Assembly: GCA_024231215.1 (NCBI GenBank)
Contig: JAAEQR010000195.1
Coordinates: 363,724-427,723 of the forward strand
Length of the DNA stretch: 64,000 bases
Source: PVC group bacterium
Lineage (GTDB): Bacteria; Omnitrophota; Gorgyraeia; B26-G9
Reading direction: 5' to 3'
In this document: one piece after another, positions 28,991 through 37,493 of the stretch
Numbering within the stretch: the first letter of the stretch is position 1
Layout of the letters: each line of letters starts with the position of its first letter
Made by a program: the position numbers and the translations under genes
Notes under the pieces: generated by a model
What the model saw: only the letters and a program-made list of their open reading frames with translations
The model's database searches: none
Told to the model about the DNA's origin: nothing

Positions 28991-29700
28991 CTAGTATAGC
29001 GATAACCGGTGCTTGCGGAAAAATGGGCAAGCGGATTAGGGATTTGGCAAATGCTGATGCGGATGTGCAGGTATCAGCTTTGCTGGAACAAGCAGGACAC
29101 CCGGAGATTAATTTGAAGATAGATGAAGTGTTATTAAGCAGTGATGCGAGTGTGATTGATAATGCTGAGGTGGTAATTGATTTTACTGCACCTGTGTCCA
29201 CAGTGGCGCTTTTAGAAACTGCTTTGCAGTATAAAAAAGGGGTGGTCATCGGAACTACGGGGTTAAGTCCGGAACAAATACAAGTGATTCAAGATGCATC
29301 ATCACAGATTCCGATTGTGTTTGCGCCTAATATGTCGGTAGGTGTAAATTTCTTATTTCGTTTAGTAAAAGAAGCTGCGGCAAAATTGAAAGATTATGAG
29401 ATTGCAATTACCGAAGCGCATCATGTTCATAAAAAGGATGCTCCCAGCGGAACAGCTAAGCTTCTGGCGCAAATAATCGAAGCAGAGGCAGATAAGAAAG
29501 TGGATGATATAAAGGCAATCCGGGAAGGTGAGATCATTGGAGATCATGAGGTAAGATTTGAAAGTGATCTGGATACGATTGTACTCAGTCATTCTGCTAA
29601 AACACGTGATATTTTTGCTAAAGGTGCGATAGATGCGGCGAAATGGTTAGCAAACCGTGCTCCTGGATTATATAGTATGCAGGATGTTTTAGGTAAGTGA
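28987..29700 (+). CDS. dapB: 4-hydroxy-tetrahydrodipicolinate reductase
   Basis: IAITGACGKMGKRI N-terminus, EAHHVHKKDAPSGTA. Confidence 0.9.
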   Translation: MTSIAITGACGKMGKRIRDLANADADVQVSALLEQAGHPEINLKIDEVLLSSDASVIDNAEVVIDFTAPVSTVALLETALQYKKGVVIGTTGLSPEQIQVIQDASSQIPIVFAPNMSVGVNFLFRLVKEAAAKLKDYEIAITEAHHVHKKDAPSGTAKLLAQIIEAEADKKVDDIKAIREGEIIGDHEVRFESDLDTIVLSHSAKTRDIFAKGAIDAAKWLANRAPGLYSMQDVLGK

Positions 29701-29794
29701 TAAGTGACAGGTTATAAATGCTAAATTTTAGGTTTTTTACTTGTAATTTGTCATTTGTAATTTGTAACTTTTAAAGAAAGGATGAAACAAGTAT

Positions 29795-30955
29795 ATGGAT
29801 ATAAAGACAGCTGATTCATTAAAAAAACTACCACCGTATCTTTTCGTGGAAATTGACAAAGCAAAAAGAATTGCAAGAAAAGCAGGTAAAGATTTAATAG
29901 ATTTAGGAATAGGGGATCCGGATACTCCGACACCTAAACATATTATAGATGCTTTAAATAAAGCGGTAAAAATCCCGGCAAATCATAAATACGCTATGGA
30001 CGCGGGCATGCCTGTTTTGCGTCAGGAAATTGCCAGATGGTATAAGAACAGGTTTAAAGTATCTTTAAACCCCGATACGGAAATATTACCTGTTTTGGGT
30101 TCTAAAGAAGCGATTGCCCATACCCCATTCGCATTTTTAAATAGAGGCGATGTTACGCTAGTGCCTGATCCGGGTTATCCTCCATATAATAATGCTACAA
30201 TTTTAGCCGGAGGAAAACCATATAAGATGCCTTTATTGGAAGAAAACGCGTTTTTGCCGGATCTTAAAAAAATTCCAGCTTCGATTTTAAAAAAAGCAAA
30301 GCTTATGTTTCTTAATTATCCCAATAATCCTACTGCAGCATTAGCTCCGAAGAGTTTTTTAAAAGATGTAGTAAAATTTGCTAAAAAACATAAAATTATC
30401 ATATGCTTTGATATGGCTTATTCGGAGATGTGTTATGATAATTATCGTTCTCCGGGAATTTTGCAGATAAGCGGAGCTAAAGAAGTAGCGGTTGAATTTC
30501 ATTCTCTTTCTAAGACATTTAATATGACTGGGTGGAGAATTGGCTGGGTTTGCGGGAATAAAGATATTGTAGCTGGAATTGCAAAGATTAAATCTAATAT
30601 GGATTCCGGCATTTTTCAAGCGGTACAGTTGGCTGGAATGGCAGCTTTGAAAAGCAATACTTCTTTTTATAAAAATATGGCTAGGATATACGAAGAACGC
30701 CGCGATATTTTAGTAAGTGGATTAGAAAAGATCGGATTTTCTATAAATAAGCCCAAGGCAACTTTTTATATTTGGACAAAAATCCCAAAAGGGAAAAACT
30801 CTATGAAATTCGCTAATGAATTGATGCAAAAGGCGGATATTGTAGCTACCCCGGGAGTTGGATTTGGTAAGTTTGGGGAAGGGTATATCAGGTTTGCTTT
30901 AACTCAAAATAAAACCAGAATGAAAGAAGCAGTAAAGCGTTTATCTTCTTTATGA
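29795..30955 (+). CDS. dapL: class I aminotransferase, probably LL-diaminopimelate aminotransferase
   Basis: fold-type I aminotransferase with PLP-Lys SLSKTFNMTGWRIGW; sits in dapFAB cluster; no dapD/dapE seen in window. Confidence 0.6.
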   Translation: MDIKTADSLKKLPPYLFVEIDKAKRIARKAGKDLIDLGIGDPDTPTPKHIIDALNKAVKIPANHKYAMDAGMPVLRQEIARWYKNRFKVSLNPDTEILPVLGSKEAIAHTPFAFLNRGDVTLVPDPGYPPYNNATILAGGKPYKMPLLEENAFLPDLKKIPASILKKAKLMFLNYPNNPTAALAPKSFLKDVVKFAKKHKIIICFDMAYSEMCYDNYRSPGILQISGAKEVAVEFHSLSKTFNMTGWRIGWVCGNKDIVAGIAKIKSNMDSGIFQAVQLAGMAALKSNTSFYKNMARIYEERRDILVSGLEKIGFSINKPKATFYIWTKIPKGKNSMKFANELMQKADIVATPGVGFGKFGEGYIRFALTQNKTRMKEAVKRLSSL

Positions 30956-31443
30956 ATCAGAAATGGCGAAAAGTTTATTTAGGTATCGGCTCTAATCTGG
31001 GTAACAGAAAAGACAATATCGAGATTGTACTTTCCTGCCTGTCAGTAAAAAAAGAAATTCGAATTGCTAAAATTTCTCCTTTGTATGAGACCACCCCAGT
31101 TGGTGGTCCACCGCAGGATATGTTCTTAAACGGAGTGCTCTGCATCGAAACTACAGCTGCGCCGTTTAATCTATTGCAGACTTTAAAAGCAATAGAACAG
31201 GATATGGGTCGTAAGCAACAAAAAATCAAATGGAGCCCCCGGATCATTGATCTGGATATCCTTTTTTATGAAGAATTTTTTATAGTGATGGAGGGGTTGG
31301 TTATTCCTCATCCTTTATTGCATAGACGTATGTTTGTTTTACAGCCTTTGGCAGACATTGCGCCTGGGCAGAAACATCCGCTATTTAAAAAAACTGTCCA
31401 AAAACTTTACAATGAGTTAATAGAAAAAAATGAAACTAATTAA
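30952..31443 (+). CDS. folK: 2-amino-4-hydroxy-6-hydroxymethyldihydropteridine pyrophosphokinase
   Basis: VYLGIGSNLG...RIIDLDIL HPPK motifs. Confidence 0.88.
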   Translation: MNQKWRKVYLGIGSNLGNRKDNIEIVLSCLSVKKEIRIAKISPLYETTPVGGPPQDMFLNGVLCIETTAAPFNLLQTLKAIEQDMGRKQQKIKWSPRIIDLDILFYEEFFIVMEGLVIPHPLLHRRMFVLQPLADIAPGQKHPLFKKTVQKLYNELIEKNETN

Positions 31444-32275
31444 AAGTATTACTTCAATGCAGAAAATCAGTAGAATATTAAGGAAAAATAGAAAGACTAT
31501 TGGGTTTGTTCCGACTATGGGTTATTTGCATGAAGGACATCTTTCCTTAGTTAAGCGTGCGGTTCGTGATTGCGATATTACGGTGATGAGTATTTATGTA
31601 AATCCTCTGCAGTTTGGGCCGAGTGAAGATTTCAAGTCCTATCCACGTGATTTAAAAAGAGATATGTCTTTGGCAAAAAGTGCTGGGGCCGATTATATTT
31701 TTTTACCTTCGAATAAACAGATGTATCCATCTCAATGTCTTACAAGTGTTGAAGTTACGGGTATTTCTAGGGTTTTGTGCGGGGTTTCTCGCCCGGGACA
31801 TTTTAAGGGTGTAACTACAGTGGTAGCAAAGCTTTTTAATGTTGTATCACCGGATATGGCGTATTTTGGGCAGAAAGATGCTCAACAATCGATTTTAATC
31901 CAAAAGATGGTTAAGGATCTTAATTTACCTCTTAAAGTAAAGGTGCTTCCTATTATAAGGGAATCTGACGGGTTAGCGATGAGTTCGCGTAATGCATACT
32001 TAACTTCTGCTCAGAGGAAGGTGGCGGTGTTGTTGTATAAATCGCTACAGCAAGCTAAAGCTCAAATTAGTCAGGGAGAGCGAAATCCCCGTAAAATTGT
32101 TCAGAGAATGAAAAGATTGATATCTGAGTCGAAATTTGCTACAATAGACTACATTAATATCGTCGATGCCGACGATCTGTCCGAGAAGAAAAAAATCAAA
32201 GGTAGAGTGTTAATAGCATTAGCGGTTTTTATTGGTAAGGTTAGATTGATCGATAATGTGATCATAAGAGTTTAG
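31430..32275 (+). CDS. panC: pantoate--beta-alanine ligase
   Basis: GFVPTMGYLHEGHLSL HIGH-type motif. Confidence 0.92.
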   Translation: MKLIKSITSMQKISRILRKNRKTIGFVPTMGYLHEGHLSLVKRAVRDCDITVMSIYVNPLQFGPSEDFKSYPRDLKRDMSLAKSAGADYIFLPSNKQMYPSQCLTSVEVTGISRVLCGVSRPGHFKGVTTVVAKLFNVVSPDMAYFGQKDAQQSILIQKMVKDLNLPLKVKVLPIIRESDGLAMSSRNAYLTSAQRKVAVLLYKSLQQAKAQISQGERNPRKIVQRMKRLISESKFATIDYINIVDADDLSEKKKIKGRVLIALAVFIGKVRLIDNVIIRV

Positions 32276-32284
32276 GAGTTATAA

Positions 32285-32650
32285 ATGCTACGTATAATGT
32301 GCAAGTCAAAAATTCATAGAGCAACAGTAACAGATGCTAATTTGCAGTATATGGGAAGCATCACGATTGATAAAGAATTATTAGATGTCGCGGATATTTA
32401 TCCGAACGAGCGGGTGCAAGTTGTAAATCTGAATAATGGGGCACGAGTTGAGACCTATGTCTTTGAAGGAGAACCTGGTTCAGGTGTGATTTGTATGAAT
32501 GGTGCAGCTGCAAGATGGGCAGAGCAGGGAGATAAAGTTATTATAATTGCTTATGGTTTGTTTGATTCTGATGAGGCTAAGAATTGTAGTCCAAAAGTGA
32601 TTTTTGTTGATGATAAAAATAAAGTAACTGATGGCAAGGGAAGAGAATGA
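32285..32650 (+). CDS. panD: aspartate 1-decarboxylase
   Basis: KIHRATVT...YMGSITID self-processing site. Confidence 0.92.
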   Translation: MLRIMCKSKIHRATVTDANLQYMGSITIDKELLDVADIYPNERVQVVNLNNGARVETYVFEGEPGSGVICMNGAAARWAEQGDKVIIIAYGLFDSDEAKNCSPKVIFVDDKNKVTDGKGRE

Positions 32651-33453
32651 TTAAAGTTGGCATTATTGGTTGTGGAACAATTGGTTCTTATTTGATAAAT
32701 ACAATAATAAAAAAGTATAAAAAGAATGTTTGTGTTGTCGGAGTTTGTGAAATCCAGAAAGAGAAGCTGGATTCGTTAAATCGCTCCCGCAAAGTAAAAA
32801 TTAAAAACTATCCGCTTGATTCTCTAATAAAAAAGTCAGATTTAGTTATTGAAGCTGCTTCTGGGGCAATTGCTGCAAAAGTTGTTGCCCGGGCGGTATT
32901 TTTCGGAAAAGATGTTATGATTATGAGTGTCGGAGGACTTCTGAAGAATCCACAATTATTTAAAAAGGTTAAAAAAAGAAAAATTAAACTTTATATTCCC
33001 AGTGGTGCGATTGCCGGATTAGATGCAGTAAAAGCAGCACGCATGGGAAAGATTAAAAGTGTTACGCTTACGACGAAGAAGCCAATAGCCGGACTTAGGG
33101 GGGCTGAATATCTTCAAAAGAAAAAAATAGACTTAACGAAGATAAAAAAAGAGAGAGTTGTATTTAATGGAACGGCACTTGAAGCTGTTGCAGGGTTCCC
33201 TAAAAACATTAATGTAGCAGCTGTTTTAAGCCTGGCTGGGATTGGAGCCGGAAAAACCCGGGTTTGTATCATTGCATCACGGCTGACAAAAAGAAATTCA
33301 CATACTATTGCAATTGAGGGAGATTTTGGTAAAATAGTATGTTGCACGGAGAATGTGCCGTCAAAGCTAAATCCAAAGACAAGCCAGATGGCAATCTTAT
33401 CAGCTTTGGCGACATTAGACGGAATACTTGATAACGTACGGATTGGTAATTAA
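32647..33453 (+). CDS. NadX-like L-aspartate dehydrogenase family protein
   Basis: N-terminal Rossmann [13 protein letters not shown], about 268 aa, DUF108/NadX-like organisation; assignment by resemblance only. Confidence 0.55.
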   Translation: MIKVGIIGCGTIGSYLINTIIKKYKKNVCVVGVCEIQKEKLDSLNRSRKVKIKNYPLDSLIKKSDLVIEAASGAIAAKVVARAVFFGKDVMIMSVGGLLKNPQLFKKVKKRKIKLYIPSGAIAGLDAVKAARMGKIKSVTLTTKKPIAGLRGAEYLQKKKIDLTKIKKERVVFNGTALEAVAGFPKNINVAAVLSLAGIGAGKTRVCIIASRLTKRNSHTIAIEGDFGKIVCCTENVPSKLNPKTSQMAILSALATLDGILDNVRIGN

Positions 33454-33652
33454 AGTAATTATGAATTGTAACAATCATGAACGAAATATGCAGGTATGTA
33501 ATTGTAGTTATGAACCTTGTTCACGCAAAGGAAAATGTTGTGAATGCCTTCACTATCATCGTAAGATGAATGAACTTCCTGCGTGTTTTTTTAATAATAA
33601 GGTTGAGAGTACATACGACCGATCGATTCAGCGCTTTATTAAAACACAGTAA
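33428..33652 (+). CDS. small cysteine-rich protein (true start may be ATG 33461)
   Basis: [23 protein letters not shown]...LPACF; nine Cys and two His in about 45 aa. Confidence 0.45.
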   Translation: MITYGLVIKVIMNCNNHERNMQVCNCSYEPCSRKGKCCECLHYHRKMNELPACFFNNKVESTYDRSIQRFIKTQ

Positions 33653-33693
33653 AACGGTCGTTAAAAATTTAATTTCGGAAGGGAGGTGACAAC

Positions 33694-33927
33694 ATGGCAG
33701 AAAAAGTGACAAAAGCTGGTGTGAAGAGAGAAAAAGGGTATCTCTATTATTTGGACAAACAAGGAGATGTCTCCAGAGCTAAGATGGCAAGAGGCGGTAA
33801 GAAGGGCGGAAAGCCGGAAAAGGTGAATAAAGTAGGTGTAGCCAGAGAAGAAGGCTTTTTGTATTTCATCGATAAGGAAGGTGACGTTTCCAGAGCTAAA
33901 ATGGCAAGACGTAAAAAGAAAAAATAA
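33694..33927 (+). CDS. small basic protein built from two tandem ~36-aa repeats
   Basis: GVKREKGYLYYLDKQGDVSRAKMAR / GVAREEGFLYFIDKEGDVSRAKMAR; RBS GGGAGG before ATG. Confidence 0.6.
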   Translation: MAEKVTKAGVKREKGYLYYLDKQGDVSRAKMARGGKKGGKPEKVNKVGVAREEGFLYFIDKEGDVSRAKMARRKKKK

Positions 33928-33991
33928 AATATAGATATTAGATAAACGAGGGGTCGGGATATTTCTCCGAGCCTTCAGAGAAATAATATTG

Positions 33992-34019
33992 GCCCCTGTG
34001 AAGATATCTTCGCGGGGGC
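33992..34019 (+). terminator. GC-stem hairpin GCCCC-(TGTGAAGATATCTTCGC)-GGGGC
   Basis: stem plus internal 12-bp palindrome GAAGATATCTTC, followed by AT-rich tract. Confidence 0.4.
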
Positions 34020-34037
34020 TCAATAGTCATTATAAAT

Positions 34038-34090
34038 AAATTTTAAAGAAGGCTGTAGGGGCGAACCCCCGCCATGGCGGGACAGGCTTG
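34038..34090. repeat. GC-rich palindromic intergenic element (GGCTGTAGGGGC + CCCGCCATGGCGGG + GGCGGGACA-N6-TGTCCGCCC)
   Basis: read from sequence; related copies at 22232 and 50281. Confidence 0.55.
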
Positions 34091-34136
34091 TGTCCGCCCG
34101 TGACAAAAAAACGTAAAGTGAAAGGAGCAGATTCAT

Positions 34137-34625
34137 ATGTCAGATGAAGTAAAAAAAGAGGAATCGCAAGAGGGAAAACAGGAACAACCGGTCGAAGCAC
34201 AACCTGAGGAAAAGCAGCCGGAACAAGCAGAAGCTAAGGCAGAAGAGACTCCGGAAGCAAAGCCAGAAGTTGCTGCAGTAGAAGAAAAAGTAGAAGCTAA
34301 AGCGGAAGAGGCTCCAGAAGCAAAGCCGGAAGAAGTTGCTGTTGTAGAGGAAAAAGTAGAAGCTAAGGTAGAAGAGACTCCAGGAGCAAAGCCGGAAGTT
34401 GCTGTTGTAGAGGAAAAAGCAGAAGAGGAAAAGAAGGATAAAACTCCTTCTAAAGTAGAAATTCCGAAGAATTGTGGATCCTGTAAGAAGCCCGTAGAAA
34501 AGATTCGTTACTATCGGAACATGCAGTTTTTCTGTAATACCAAATGCTGGAAAAATTTCAAGAAGAAACAAGCGGAAGATAAAAAGAAAGCAGAAGAAGA
34601 AAAGCAGCAGAAAGAAGCTGCATAG
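34137..34625 (+). CDS. acidic E/K/P/A-repeat protein with C-terminal Cx2Cx16Cx3C (YHS/TRASH-like) zinc ribbon
   Basis: three tandem ~63-66-bp DNA repeats (34239-34430) encoding AEE(T/A)PEAKPEV..EEKVEAK; C-terminal CGSCKKPVEKIRYYRNMQFFCNTKCW. Confidence 0.6.
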   Translation: MSDEVKKEESQEGKQEQPVEAQPEEKQPEQAEAKAEETPEAKPEVAAVEEKVEAKAEEAPEAKPEEVAVVEEKVEAKVEETPGAKPEVAVVEEKAEEEKKDKTPSKVEIPKNCGSCKKPVEKIRYYRNMQFFCNTKCWKNFKKKQAEDKKKAEEEKQQKEAA

Positions 34626-34635
34626 AATTAACTTT

Positions 34636-35700
34636 ATGGAAAGTATTCTTATTGTTTTGCTATTTATTGTAATTGTAGCTGTGGTGCTTTTGTATTTAAA
34701 GCTTCAGCAGAAGCGTACAAAAGGCGACGCATTAGGTCTTATGCAGCAACAGATGGATAGTATGCGTCAGCAGGTAAATCAGCAATTAGGTGATCTTAAT
34801 AACAGTATAAATCAGAATTTGCAGGCAGTAACTAAGCAGATGCTTTCTTCTCAGCAGACAGTTGGAGACAGGCTTGATAGCGCGACCCGAGTGGTTGGGC
34901 AGGTGCAGAAAGATCTAGTATCTTTGTCCGAAGCAACACAACGCGTTTTTGAAGTAGGAAAAGATATCTCGGGATTGCAGGATATTTTGAAAGCACCTAA
35001 ACTGCGTGGTGGGTTAGGAGAGTTGTTTCTGGAAGATATCTTGCGGCAGATTTTGCCGACGGCCAACTTTGACTTACAGTATAAGTTTAAGAACGGTGAT
35101 ACGGTAGATGCAATTATTCGTTTGGGGCAGGGGCTTGTTAGTGTAGATTCAAAGTTTCCTTTAGAAAATTTTTGCCGGATTATGAGTGGAACAAGCGAAG
35201 AAGAAAAGCAAAAAGCTCGCAGGACTTTTAAAAGCGACGTTAAGAAACATATAGATAGTATTGCCGAAAAATATATTGTTCCGGATGAGGGAACGTTTGA
35301 TTTTGCGCTGATGTATATTATGGCGGAAAATGTATATTATGAGATGATTATAAAAGAAGATTCCGATAGTGAACGCAGTCTTAGCGCTTATGCTTTGACA
35401 AAAAAAGTTATTCCCGTTAGCCCGAATTCTTTTTATGCGTATTTACAGGCGATTGTCTTAGGTCTAAAAGGATTAAGAGTCGAGAAGAATGTGGAAGAAA
35501 TCATTCGCTATTTATCGCGGTTGAGTTCTGATATGCAGCATTTCCGAAAAGATTTTGACGTAATTGGCCGGCACATTGTTAATATTAAGAACAAATATGA
35601 TGAAGCAGACAAAAAGATTGTTAACTTTGAAGAAAAACTTTTAACTGTTTGCAGTGTGGATAAGCAAGATAACCTTTTAGGTGATAATGATGAAAAATAA
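34636..35700 (+). CDS. rmuC: DNA recombination protein RmuC
   Basis: N-terminal TM, long coiled coil, RmuC-family C-terminal region. Confidence 0.75.
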   Translation: MESILIVLLFIVIVAVVLLYLKLQQKRTKGDALGLMQQQMDSMRQQVNQQLGDLNNSINQNLQAVTKQMLSSQQTVGDRLDSATRVVGQVQKDLVSLSEATQRVFEVGKDISGLQDILKAPKLRGGLGELFLEDILRQILPTANFDLQYKFKNGDTVDAIIRLGQGLVSVDSKFPLENFCRIMSGTSEEEKQKARRTFKSDVKKHIDSIAEKYIVPDEGTFDFALMYIMAENVYYEMIIKEDSDSERSLSAYALTKKVIPVSPNSFYAYLQAIVLGLKGLRVEKNVEEIIRYLSRLSSDMQHFRKDFDVIGRHIVNIKNKYDEADKKIVNFEEKLLTVCSVDKQDNLLGDNDEK

Positions 35701-36238
35701 CCATGAAGAAAGAAGAAGCCATCCTCGTTTTATTTCTACTTTGCCGTTAGAAATCAGCACCCCTGATTTTAATTTTCAGACGAGGACTACGAATCTGAGT
35801 TGTTCTGGAATTCTCTGCGAAATAGATCGGTTTATTCCGGTGCAGACTAAGTTAAATGTGACGATGCGTCTTTCATTAGTTGTTGATGATCATAAGATAA
35901 AAAAATCAGTAAGTTGTCCGGCTATAGTAAGCCGGATAGATCCTGCTGAGCAAAAAGATATTGGAAATTATAATGTTGGCATTGTTTTTTTGCATATTGA
36001 GGGAAAAGACAAGGAGTTTATTTTACAGTTTATTCGTCAGAAGAATTTAAAAGAAGCGAAAGAGTTGAAACGTTTGTATTTGCAATTAAAAGAAATGGCT
36101 GGACGCTTAGTGGAATTAGAAGAATGTCATCCTACTGCAGAACATTTTCGCAAGGTTATTAGCGGTGCAATTATGGAACTTGATGCAGCGGCACATATTC
36201 TGGATTATGAAATAAACGAATTAAAAAATTTGGAGTAA
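35681..36238 (+). CDS. PilZ-domain protein
   Basis: RRSHPRF (RxxxR) and NLSCSGI (D/NxSxxG) c-di-GMP-binding motifs. Confidence 0.7.
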   Translation: MIMMKNNHEERRSHPRFISTLPLEISTPDFNFQTRTTNLSCSGILCEIDRFIPVQTKLNVTMRLSLVVDDHKIKKSVSCPAIVSRIDPAEQKDIGNYNVGIVFLHIEGKDKEFILQFIRQKNLKEAKELKRLYLQLKEMAGRLVELEECHPTAEHFRKVISGAIMELDAAAHILDYEINELKNLE

Positions 36239-36245
36239 TTTGAGT

Positions 36246-36629
36246 ATGGAAAACAATAATAATAGGTTAGAAAGAAGAGCTTATGAACGATTTGATGTTG
36301 GTCTTGAGTTCAAACTTAAGGGTATTGATTTTCATCTGACTGCGGAAACAAAGAATTTAAGCGGTTCCGGGCTTTATTGCCAGGTGGATCGATTTATTCC
36401 GATGATGACCAAGTTGGCCTTAACAATGTTTGTTCCGGGAATTAATAATGGAGAAAAAGCAGAAAAAGAGATCAACTGTGTAGCTGTAGTAATTAGAATT
36501 ATGCCGGAAACAGAACAAGAGTCTTTAGATCGTTATAATATAGGTCTTTTTTTTATAGAAATTGCAGATAAAGATAGGGATTGGCTATTGACCTATATGC
36601 GTCAGGCTTTTTGTGCGGGAAATAATTGA
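36246..36629 (+). CDS. PilZ-domain protein (paralog)
   Basis: RRAYERF and NLSGSGL motifs; start at ATG 36246. Confidence 0.7.
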   Translation: MENNNNRLERRAYERFDVGLEFKLKGIDFHLTAETKNLSGSGLYCQVDRFIPMMTKLALTMFVPGINNGEKAEKEINCVAVVIRIMPETEQESLDRYNIGLFFIEIADKDRDWLLTYMRQAFCAGNN

Positions 36630-36767
36630 TATATTGCGCCTGTCCCGAAAGAAGTGCATCTTTAGAGGATTTCTTCGGGATGCCGAAGAGTTTCAGAAGT
36701 AAGTTTCTACATTCGGCATAGCTCAAAATTAGTAACAAAGCATGATAAAGAAAGTTATTGTTACAAT

Positions 36768-36844
36768 GCGCCTGTAGCTCAATTGGATAGAGCACTAGTC
36801 TTCGGAACTAGGGGTTGGGGGTTCGAGTCTTCCCGGGCGCGCCA
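36768..36844 (+). tRNA. tRNA-Arg (anticodon UCG)
   Basis: manual cloverleaf fold: acceptor GCGCCTG, T-arm GGTTCGAGTC, anticodon loop CTTCGGA, encoded CCA. Confidence 0.85.
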
Positions 36845-36861
36845 ATCGAAGGGCAGATAAA

Positions 36862-36890
36862 TTGACTTTAAGTTTATTTTTTGTTATAAT
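36862..36890 (+). promoter_or_regulatory. sigma70-like promoter ahead of tRNA-Lys
   Basis: TTGACT (36862-36867), 17-nt spacer, TATAAT (36885-36890). Confidence 0.55.
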
Positions 36891-36923
36891 TTAGACTTCT
36901 AAAGTTAGAACATCAGGAGTAAT

Positions 36924-36999
36924 GGGCCGTTAGCTCAATCGGCAGAGCATCTGACTCTTAATCAGGGGGTTGAAGGTTCGATTCCTTCACGGCCCACCA
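36924..36999 (+). tRNA. tRNA-Lys (anticodon CUU)
   Basis: manual fold: acceptor GGGCCGT, anticodon loop CTCTTAA, T-arm GGTTCGATTCC, encoded CCA. Confidence 0.85.
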
Positions 37000-37078
37000 T
37001 TCGACTCGACGCTAAAGCGTCTCGCTCATGGTAAACCAGAGAGAGTGGCGAAGAGTGATAGAAAGACTGTATTGACGG

Positions 37079-37163
37079 GCGGACGTGGCGGAATTGGCAT
37101 ACGCGTGCGGCTTAGGACCGTATCCCTCACGGGATGAGAGTTCGACTCTCTCCGTCCGCACCA
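37079..37163 (+). tRNA. tRNA-Leu (anticodon UAG), long variable arm
   Basis: 85 nt, acceptor GCGGACG/CGTCCGC, anticodon loop CTTAGGA, encoded CCA. Confidence 0.8.
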
Positions 37164-37215
37164 TTCGACTCGAATGCAAAGTCGATAAATATTTATATAG
37201 AATTTTAGCAAATAT

Positions 37216-37290
37216 GCGGCGGTAATTCAGTGGTAGAATGTCTGCTTGCCAAGCAGAATGTCGTGGGTTCGACCCCCATCCGCCGCTCCA
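37216..37290 (+). tRNA. tRNA-Gly (anticodon GCC)
   Basis: acceptor GCGGCGG/CCGCCGC, anticodon loop TTGCCAA, T-arm GGGTTCGACCCCC, encoded CCA. Confidence 0.85.
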
Positions 37291-37306
37291 AAATTGTACC
37301 CCTCTA

Positions 37307-37445
37307 AATGGGGGGCGAAGCAAGCTGAACGCCGAGCAGATGCGAGGATCAGCGAGCAGGACTGCGAGCGGCAGTGAAGCGGGTGGGCCTGCGCAGTCCC
37401 GAATAGGACATTTGGGATGTAGTAGGCGACCCCCATCCGCCGCTC
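37307..37445 (+). ncRNA. candidate small structured RNA or integration scar: GC-rich element closed by GGGGGG...CCCCC helix, ending in a 19-nt copy of the tRNA-Gly 3' end, then a T-run
   Basis: 5' ATGGGGGGCG pairs with 3' CGACCCCCAT; internal 8-bp stem GGACTGCG/CGCAGTCC; 3' GGGATGTAG..CCCCCATCC weakly resembles a small-SRP-RNA 3' end; TATTTTTT follows. Confidence 0.35.
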
Positions 37446-37493
37446 TATTTTTTCCTCTAAGTTCTAATAAAACCAGAAAGTGAGTGAGTATTT

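Noticed and set aside
34140-34571. 143-aa antisense ORF inside the acidic-repeat gene
   Set aside because: Mirror-frame artefact of a repetitive GAA/AAG-rich sense gene. F/L/S-rich low-complexity translation.
37307-37445. Confident assignment of the post-tRNA-Gly element as SRP (4.5S) RNA
   Set aside because: Only the 3' end and the terminal helix resemble SRP RNA. I could not locate the conserved domain IV GNRA-tetraloop motif by eye. I kept it as a hypothesis only.
36553-37483. Several ORFs (60-103 aa, both strands) overlapping the tRNA cluster and the GC-rich element
   Set aside because: They overlap four well-folded tRNA genes and a GC-rich non-coding element. Their composition is driven by the tRNA sequence. 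No RBS or support.
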